A DNA stretch of 64,000 bases, from contig JASFYY010000133.1 of assembly GCA_045046875.1 (NCBI GenBank), positions 34,996-98,995 of the forward strand. Reading direction: 5' to 3'. Positions 55,468 through 64,000 of the stretch are shown here, one piece after another. Position numbers and translations under genes: made by a program. The notes beneath the pieces were generated by a model. It had not been told where the DNA came from. It did not search any database and saw only the letters and a program-made list of their open reading frames with translations. The DNA comes from Verrucomicrobiota bacterium. Lineage in GTDB: Bacteria > Verrucomicrobiota > Verrucomicrobiia > Verrucomicrobiales > DEV007. Within the stretch, counting starts at the first letter, position 1, and each line of letters begins with the position of its first letter.

Positions 55468-56631
55468 TCATTGAAGATGCAGGCGTTTGGGGTGCTCGAA
55501 CTGGTAACTTTTATCGTGCATCATTTCGTAGGTCTTTTTGATGCTCGGACGGTCACCATAAAAGGTGCCGTAGTAGGCAAATCGAACGATGCCTTCTTTA
55601 TCGATAATGACGGTGGACGGGCGATTGATGTATTCCGAATGAACGGCAAAACACAGCGGATCTGCGCCATAAGTAGCGGCTACGGCACCGGCTTTGTCAG
55701 AGAGATGCGGCCACCAGATGTTTTTGGTGTAAGTGTCTTTGAATGATTTTTTTGAGAACCAGTGCTTGGGATCCACTTCTTTTCCCACCATCACCCGGCA
55801 GCGATAGCGGTCGTGGATTTCGATGGTGACGACTTCAATGTTCTCGTTTTGGAAATCCTCACGCAGATGCATAAGCTCGCGGAACTCACCGTGACAGACC
55901 GGGCACCAGTCGGCAAAAACCCAGATCAAGAGAACGGCTTTTTTCCCCTTGTGATCGCTGAGCTTCCAAGTTTTATTCTCACTGTTCGACAAGGCAAAGT
56001 CAGGGGCCGCCTGGCCGACTTTGACCGTGTCGAAAGTAGTCTCATCAAGTGAGCTGTAGGCTTGGATCAAATCAGCACTGGCTTTTTTTCCGCTTTCGAT
56101 TTGGTAGATGGAAAGTTCACATTGATGAGTGACATCCCGTGCTTTGTCATTGGCGAGAGCTTTTTTTAATGCCGGCAATGCTTTTTTACTGCCAATCAAT
56201 CCAAGCGAGATCACTGCTTGTGAACGAACCGTGCTTTCATTGGCTGATGCGAGCAATTGTGCCAAGGCAGGAATGGCTTTTTCCTCAGCTTGAATTCCCA
56301 GGGCGGCCGCTGCCAGGTAGCGGACATGAGGGTTTTTGTGAGTCAATGCGGCGATCAGCCCAGGGATGCCTGACTGACCAGCTTTGACAAAATCGCGCAA
56401 TGCAAGGGTGCGGACTTTCCAATCATCATCATTGAGGTCGGCGATGCCGCTGGTTTTCAGTTGGCGATCCTGGGTCATCGCCCGGGAGTCGTGGAAATCG
56501 TGGCTGGTGATTTTATCAATGGTGTTTTTGATTATAGGCAGGGCATCTGCTGACAAGATTGATGAAAGGGGGGCTAACACCAGAGCTGCGATGAAAGTGA
56601 CAGCGGTTAAGGATAAAGATTTGCTTTTCAT
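55468..56631 (-). CDS. Secreted HEAT-repeat + peroxiredoxin/AhpC-TSA fusion
   Basis: Signal peptide, PBS-lyase-type HEAT repeats, VGQAAPDFAL, WCPVC, RPSTVIIDKEG. Confidence 0.85.
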   Translation of the reverse strand: MKSKSLSLTAVTFIAALVLAPLSSILSADALPIIKNTIDKITSHDFHDSRAMTQDRQLKTSGIADLNDDDWKVRTLALRDFVKAGQSGIPGLIAALTHKNPHVRYLAAAALGIQAEEKAIPALAQLLASANESTVRSQAVISLGLIGSKKALPALKKALANDKARDVTHQCELSIYQIESGKKASADLIQAYSSLDETTFDTVKVGQAAPDFALSNSENKTWKLSDHKGKKAVLLIWVFADWCPVCHGEFRELMHLREDFQNENIEVVTIEIHDRYRCRVMVGKEVDPKHWFSKKSFKDTYTKNIWWPHLSDKAGAVAATYGADPLCFAVHSEYINRPSTVIIDKEGIVRFAYYGTFYGDRPSIKKTYEMMHDKSYQFEHPKRLHLQ

Positions 56632-56729
56632 AGGTAGGGGATGGGTGTGCGAAGAAAAAGGCGCGGCCTCAGTATGAGGACGAGGCAGGGGAACAAAGCT
56701 TACGTTGCATTTGTTTTGCAAAAAGCCTG

Positions 56730-57563
56730 TTAGTTTTTAGCCGGGCGGGCAGCAGTTTTGGTGGGGGCAATGACCACTTTTTGTTTGCTGGTGGGAGATC
56801 CGGGCGTCGCAGCTCTTCTGATTGGCTTGGATGGAGGAGAAATCGGCCACGACCCCTTGAGATTGAGAAATTTCGGTGGGCTGACGGCTAACTTCTGTTC
56901 ACCGGCGATTTGATAGTCGCGGCTGACCAGGGGGGTGATGGTGAAACAAGCTTCTTCATCGGCCAGTTTCTCGATGTGTAACAGGGATGCGCAGGTATCC
57001 GAGCGACTGATAGTCAGAGTGTCGCCTACCTTGAAAGGCGACTTTTTCATCTCGGGGATGGGCAGGATGTAATCGATCAGAGCCGAAGGGTAACCTTCGG
57101 CCCGCGCCCGTAACGCTATGCCCGAGGGGAAAACGTCGTCTGGCCCGAGAATTTTGATGCTCTCGATTTGGAAGATTCCGCCGACGTAGGTGATGTCGGC
57201 AAAGCTTTTGTAATTGCCCAGGTAATTGCGTTTGAGGATGGCGTTCAAACCTTTCAGTTTGGCCGGACTGTAATCAAATTGCTCGGCATAGAGTTGTTTG
57301 ACCGTTTTGAACTTGCCTCTCGGTGCGGTGACCGGGGTGAAGCTGGCCAGCGGATCTATTTTTTGCACCTGGGTGAGCAGACGGTAGTTGAACGGCATTT
57401 CCGGGTGACCAAAAACATACATGCAGAATACCCAGGCGATAGCATTGAGCGCCACCAATACCGCGATGGCTACGATCCATAGGAACAAGGTGTCATTCCT
57501 TGAAGTTTTCGGCAGATCCCCTGATTCGGATTGAAAGGGGGAATGTTCGCCAAGGAATTGCAT
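56730..57563 (-). CDS. Hypothetical membrane-anchored protein
   Basis: 277 aa, one N-terminal TM; no motif recognised. Confidence 0.7.
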   Translation of the reverse strand: MQFLGEHSPFQSESGDLPKTSRNDTLFLWIVAIAVLVALNAIAWVFCMYVFGHPEMPFNYRLLTQVQKIDPLASFTPVTAPRGKFKTVKQLYAEQFDYSPAKLKGLNAILKRNYLGNYKSFADITYVGGIFQIESIKILGPDDVFPSGIALRARAEGYPSALIDYILPIPEMKKSPFKVGDTLTISRSDTCASLLHIEKLADEEACFTITPLVSRDYQIAGEQKLAVSPPKFLNLKGSWPISPPSKPIRRAATPGSPTSKQKVVIAPTKTAARPAKN

Positions 57564-57614
57564 CGTTGTTCTTGCTCGTTATTCAGGACGTCAGTTTAAA
57601 GTCAAGTTGCGGGC

Positions 57615-59333
<1,719 letters not shown>

Positions 59334-59475
59334 TGATGAGGAAGGGATCTTTTTTTCTCCGGACTAGGTGGCGATAAATCACACAAGGGCTTGAATCGAA
59401 TTTATCCGCTGACTGTTGAAAACAATAAGGCCAAATATGAAAAATGATAGCCCTTTTACCGAGCCCGTCCCTTAT

Positions 59476-61311
59476 TTAATGGGACATGGCAATATCCTGT
59501 AACTGCTGAGTGAGGTCAAGAAGTTCTTTGGTGAGCTGATGGGCATTTTCAGCGGAGAGCTTAGAATCTTTGAGTAGGGAAAGGATCTCTTTTTTGCGAG
59601 CTTCCAAGCTTTGTCGTTCGAGTGTTGTCAAACACTCGGTGGCACGCTCCACCGAGCTGTCCGGTATGGTTTCGGTCAGCAGGCGGGCGACACAAGCTTG
59701 CTCGGGGCCGGTGAGGCTATTGGCAAAAGCGGCCACGTCGGCAGTGGAGCCGGCGTTGAAGTTTCCCTGCCAGATTTTTGACAACAGTTGGCTACCCGCC
59801 AGATTTTTCAAAAAATCAGGTTCAGGGCTGCTGCAAACCAGGTCGCGGGCTTCGGCCACGGTGAGCAGCATCTGGCATAAAAAACGGATGGCGTGGTTGT
59901 CGATCACCAGTGGTGGCAGGGCAGGCGCTTGTGAAGGGTCGGCTTCTTCTGTCCGGTATTTAGAGCGATTGCTGTAGCGCAGGGCGCGCTTTATTTCCTG
60001 ATCAGATTCGCCGACAAAACGCCGGATGTCATCTGCGGGCACACTGAGGCGGGTGGCAACCCGGCTGATCAGAGAATCCTGGATCATTTTGTCGGTGATG
60101 CGGGCAATGTTCTCCGACACCTCTTTGGCGAACTCAATCCGGTCTCGCATTTCGTCGAGATTGCGCTCTTGAGAAGCGCGATCGATCTGGTAGTCGAGGA
60201 ATTCCGGAGCTTGCTTGATCCTATTTGAAAAGGCTTCAGCGCCTTCTTTTTTGATCAATGAATCCGGATCTTCACCAGCGGGCAGGGGAGCGATTTTGAC
60301 CACCAGGTTGGAAGTCACCATTTGGCGGAAGGCTTTGGCCGCCGCTTTGTAACCAGCCGCATCGGAGTCATAACACAGCACCACTTCATCGGTGTGGCGT
60401 TTCAAAATGCGCGCGTGATCCTCGGTGAAAGCTGTGCCTAGCGCGGCGACCGTATTTTCGATGCCGTTTTCGACACAGGCGATGAGGTCGAGTTGACCTT
60501 CACACAGGATCGCCTGGCCCGCTTTTAAAATAGGTCGCTTGCTGCGGTCGAGGCCGTAGAAGGTTTTGCTTTTTTTGAACAACATCGTTTCCGGAGAGTT
60601 GATGTATTTGCCGCCCTTGGCGTCGGGACTCAGCACCCGTCCGCTGAAGGCGATGACGTTGCCGTAATCATTGCAGATCGGGAACATCAGGCGGTCGCGG
60701 AAGCGAGCGTAAACACCACGCGCAGGGTTGTCGACATCCTGGGGCGCGGCCAGCCCGGATTCGAGCAGCACTTTGTTGGAGAAGCCGGCTTCTTTGGCCC
60801 AGTTGATCAAAGCACCGCCGTTCTGGGGAGCGTAACCCAACTGCCAGCGACGTGCCGTCTCTGAATTGATATCCCGTGCTTTGAGGTAGTCGCGGGCGTG
60901 TTGGGCCGAAGGGCTGCGGAACAGCAGTTGATGAAACCAGGCGCTCGATTCCTTGTGCAGCTTTTCCACCAGACGCCGCAGTTGCAGGCGGCGATCCGCG
61001 TCGGGATCAAATACTTCGTCTTCCAAGCGGATACCGACTTTCTCGGCCAGGCGTGAGGCGGCATCGGGGAAAGTCAGGTTTTCATAACGCATCACAAAGC
61101 GGATCGCGTCGCCCCCTTCACCACAGCCAAAACAATAATAAATCTGTCGCGCGGGCGTGACATTAAACGAGGGCGTCTTCTCGTTGTGAAAAGGACACAG
61201 CGCCAAAAAGTTAGCTCCCGCTTTTTTTAGCGGGAAATAACTGCTGATCACATCGACGATATCCGTCTCGGCGATGATGCGCTGAATCGTTTCCGGTGAA
61301 ATGATGGCCAT
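59476..61311 (-). CDS. dnaG: DNA primase
   Basis: CPFH..CFGC zinc finger, KYINSPET, Toprim CEG..D, YDSDAAG; upstream of rpoD. Confidence 0.98.
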   Translation of the reverse strand: MAIISPETIQRIIAETDIVDVISSYFPLKKAGANFLALCPFHNEKTPSFNVTPARQIYYCFGCGEGGDAIRFVMRYENLTFPDAASRLAEKVGIRLEDEVFDPDADRRLQLRRLVEKLHKESSAWFHQLLFRSPSAQHARDYLKARDINSETARRWQLGYAPQNGGALINWAKEAGFSNKVLLESGLAAPQDVDNPARGVYARFRDRLMFPICNDYGNVIAFSGRVLSPDAKGGKYINSPETMLFKKSKTFYGLDRSKRPILKAGQAILCEGQLDLIACVENGIENTVAALGTAFTEDHARILKRHTDEVVLCYDSDAAGYKAAAKAFRQMVTSNLVVKIAPLPAGEDPDSLIKKEGAEAFSNRIKQAPEFLDYQIDRASQERNLDEMRDRIEFAKEVSENIARITDKMIQDSLISRVATRLSVPADDIRRFVGESDQEIKRALRYSNRSKYRTEEADPSQAPALPPLVIDNHAIRFLCQMLLTVAEARDLVCSSPEPDFLKNLAGSQLLSKIWQGNFNAGSTADVAAFANSLTGPEQACVARLLTETIPDSSVERATECLTTLERQSLEARKKEILSLLKDSKLSAENAHQLTKELLDLTQQLQDIAMSH

Positions 61312-61376
61312 GTGGTGACTTATTGAATTAACTGCTGGAAGGTGGGGCTTCCATCTGTTTTAATTGTTATTCTATA

Positions 61377-63737
61377 ATGCTAGAGACGAAATTAACAAAG
61401 AGTTTGCTGCGACGAAGTATCTATCTGGCCATGGTCGGTGTTGGATTGTTTACTTTGGCGGCAAAAAAGCAGCCTGCGGAAACCCGTTCACCTCAAGGGG
61501 AGGAGCGAGCCGCCAATGGCTTGCGGGATCGAGTGCTTGTCATTCGCATTGAAGATGTGGATATCTCGGATGACCGTCGCTTCAGGAGTTTGCGTCGTTT
61601 GATCTCGGATGCCGCTGCCGCACCTGCCAAGGCGGTGGTTTTTGATCTGAATACCGGCTCGGGTTACTCTGAACAAGTCGCTCGTTTTTTAATGGAGGAA
61701 CTGCCCAAGGTGAAAGTGCCATCGGTGAGTTACGCCAACCCTTCGGCGCTTGGAGCAGGTGCATTGATTGCGCTGGGCAGTGACACGGTTTATTTGTCGC
61801 CCGTTGCGGTGATGGGTGGAGCGGCCCCCTCGCCATCGGGTGGACGGTCGAGTGCTTCGACCGGAGATGATCAGTCGGAGAAATCTTCTGCTGCGCGTCC
61901 TGTGTCAACTCAGTCGCTGTCAATTCTGAAAGCGCAGGCACGCGGTCTGGCCAAACAAAAAGGGCACCGTTCGCAAGTGGCGGAAGCTTTTATCGATAGT
62001 CAGATCGAGGTGAAAATAGGTGATGAAATGATTTCGGCCAAAGGTGAGTTGTTGACGCTGACGGCTGATGAGGCGGTTCGCAAGTTGCCCGACGGGCAAA
62101 CGCTTTTTGGCAAGTCGGTGGTCGGCTCTATTAAAGAACTGCTGAAGCAAGAGGGCTTGAGCGATGGGGAGGAAACTCTTGTTTACACCGCATCGAGTTA
62201 CGAAAAACATTTGAGTCAATTGCGTAGTGGTAAGGGCAAGGCCAAAGGCGCAAAGAGTGATCTTGCCCGGTCTGATGGCAATAACAAGGCCGGTGTGGAT
62301 TCAAAGGAAGTGAAGGGGAATGGCGGCGGCTTGTTTGGCAAAAGAAACACAGGTGATTATGCGGGAAAAATCCTTGTGGTGCCAATTGGCATGGATGACC
62401 TGATGATCACGGCGCGTTTTGAGTTTATGAAAAGGGTATTGAAAAAAGCCCGTCTCGATGGGGCGGAAGCGCTTATTTTTGATATGAATACACCCGGGGG
62501 TCGAGTGTGGGAGACTGGCGAATTGATGATGCGTGAGCTGCAGGAAGTGGATTTCCCGACTTATACTTTTGTGAATACTTTTGCCGAGTCCGGAGGCTGT
62601 CTGGTGGCGATTGCTACCGATCATATTTACATGAAGCCCGCGGCTTTGATTGGCTCGGCTTTACCGGTAACCGCCAGCGGTGACCTGGAGGGTAATATGA
62701 AACAGAAAGTGGGGGAGATGTTGCGCGACTTGGTGCGCAATGTGGCTTCGCTGAAAGGTCATGATCCCGATGTGGCGGAGGCTTTTGTGACGATCGACAC
62801 TGAAGTGATCAAAGACGGTGTCACTATTTCGGAGATGGGAAAGGTGCTACATCTGAGCACTGAAGAAGCCACTATGATCGTTAATGGCAAACCCTTGCTG
62901 GCAAAAGGAGTGGCGAACAGCATCGAGGAAATTATCGAATTGGAGGGCTTGAAGGGGAGCTTGTTGCAGGTGGAGCCCTTGGGCTTGGAGCGTTTTGCCC
63001 ATTTGATTCAGAAGTTTTCTTTTCTGCTTCTCATTCTTGGTTTGGCCGGTGCTTACATGGAGATGAATGCTCCGGGATTCGGGGTGCCGGGAGTGACCTC
63101 TTTGCTCTCCTTTGCCCTGTTCTTTTTTGGCAATAACCTGGCCGGTAATCTTGCTGGTTATGAGCTGGCCGCGTTGCTGGTGTTGGGACTTATTTTGCTT
63201 GCGGTGGAGATATTCATCCTGCCTGGTACTATTTTGCCGGGATTGGCAGGAGGTCTGTTGATATTCATGTCTTTGATTCTGGCGATGGTGGATCGTTTTG
63301 ATTTTCAATTCCACTGGAAAGGTGTCGATCAAGCGCCTTCCCTGGGGGAGTTGCTGAATGGGCCGGTCATGACGCTGGGGGTGGCAGTGGTAGGAGCGGT
63401 GGTGATGGCTGTATTACTGATGCGCTACCTGCCAACGGGTCGCAGATTAGGAGGATTGATCCTGACCCAATCGTTAGCCAGTGGAGCTTCGCTGGATGAG
63501 CTGGAAGATCCGCAAACCGGATCCGATGAAAAAGCAGGGAAACATACAGCCAACGCGAGTGACTTGCTTGGCCGTGAAGGTGTGGTCAGTGCCGATTTGC
63601 GCCCGGCAGGCAAAGGCATGTTTGCGGGTGAGCTGCTCGACATCGTCGCCGACGGTGAGTTCATCGAAGAGGGCACCGCAGTGAAAATCGTCTTACATGA
63701 AGGTTCACGGTTGGTGGTGGCACGAAGTGGCGGGTAG
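61377..63737 (+). CDS. nfeD: NfeD-family membrane-bound serine protease with duplicated ClpP-like domain
   Basis: Two ClpP-class domains (DLNTGSG / DMNTPGG), TM region with PGFGVPG, C-terminal OB fold (DLRPAGKG). Confidence 0.88.
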   Translation: MLETKLTKSLLRRSIYLAMVGVGLFTLAAKKQPAETRSPQGEERAANGLRDRVLVIRIEDVDISDDRRFRSLRRLISDAAAAPAKAVVFDLNTGSGYSEQVARFLMEELPKVKVPSVSYANPSALGAGALIALGSDTVYLSPVAVMGGAAPSPSGGRSSASTGDDQSEKSSAARPVSTQSLSILKAQARGLAKQKGHRSQVAEAFIDSQIEVKIGDEMISAKGELLTLTADEAVRKLPDGQTLFGKSVVGSIKELLKQEGLSDGEETLVYTASSYEKHLSQLRSGKGKAKGAKSDLARSDGNNKAGVDSKEVKGNGGGLFGKRNTGDYAGKILVVPIGMDDLMITARFEFMKRVLKKARLDGAEALIFDMNTPGGRVWETGELMMRELQEVDFPTYTFVNTFAESGGCLVAIATDHIYMKPAALIGSALPVTASGDLEGNMKQKVGEMLRDLVRNVASLKGHDPDVAEAFVTIDTEVIKDGVTISEMGKVLHLSTEEATMIVNGKPLLAKGVANSIEEIIELEGLKGSLLQVEPLGLERFAHLIQKFSFLLLILGLAGAYMEMNAPGFGVPGVTSLLSFALFFFGNNLAGNLAGYELAALLVLGLILLAVEIFILPGTILPGLAGGLLIFMSLILAMVDRFDFQFHWKGVDQAPSLGELLNGPVMTLGVAVVGAVVMAVLLMRYLPTGRRLGGLILTQSLASGASLDELEDPQTGSDEKAGKHTANASDLLGREGVVSADLRPAGKGMFAGELLDIVADGEFIEEGTAVKIVLHEGSRLVVARSGG

Positions 63738-63806
63738 ATTTGGGTGCAGGACAAAAAAGTTAGCCATTGGTTATTGAAAGCTACCTTATCACCCATCAAC
63801 ATCATG

Positions 63807-63986
63807 TCGCCCTTTTAGGGCTGGTAATAAAACCGATCTAACCCCAGCGCTTCGCACTGAGCTATCACATTTTGTCCTTTCGGGACAGTTTGCTTTCATT
63901 TCTTTTGCACCAACGGTGCTCAATGATATAGCCCAGTGCGCAGCACTGGGTAAAAAATCCAATTCTCCCAGCCCTGCAAAGGGCGA
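63807..63986. repeat. REP/BIME-like composite inverted repeat of six small palindromes
   Basis: TCGCCCTTTTAGGGCT, CCCAGCGCTTCGCACTGAGCTAT, GTCCTTTCGGGAC mirrored by GCACCAACGGTGC, ATAGCCCAGTGCGCAGCACTGGGT, AGCCCTGCAAAGGGCGA. Confidence 0.7.
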
Positions 63987-64000
63987 AATGCACAGCGGTC

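Overview
64 kb of bacterial chromosome, most consistent with a Verrucomicrobia/PVC organism (inferred from the DUF1549/1553 + DUF1501 pair, DUF1080, sulfatases and PQQ-propeller proteins). About 1-29 kb is accessory: a partial sulfatase, a five-gene zinc-ribbon/membrane cluster built around a ~1290-aa multidomain protein, an IS3 element abutting an IS701 remnant, a Tat-exported MBL hydrolase with a COG0523 metallochaperone, glycan-related genes, a candidate defence locus, and a GxxExxY nuclease gene bracketed by periodic inverted repeats. About 29-64 kb is mostly metabolic or housekeeping: a KGSADH/DHDPS-like operon, namZ, panD, tandem PQQ-propeller/malectin paralogues, CCA-adding enzyme, D-Ala-D-Ala dipeptidase, pilD, a six-gene amide-catabolism operon, rpoD, dnaG and a double-domain NfeD. 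Best candidates for an undescribed system: (1) a STAND/NACHT NTPase with a C-terminal PD-(D/E)XK nuclease, transcribed divergently from an HTH + nucleotidyltransferase (AbiE-like) pair across a 73-bp spacer that holds back-to-back promoters and two overlapping palindromes; (2) the zinc-ribbon/membrane-tethered putative effector cluster; (3) the repeat-bounded GxxExxY element and a gene-less sister element. No tRNA, rRNA or CRISPR array was recognised. All family calls come from motif recognition by eye, with no database search.
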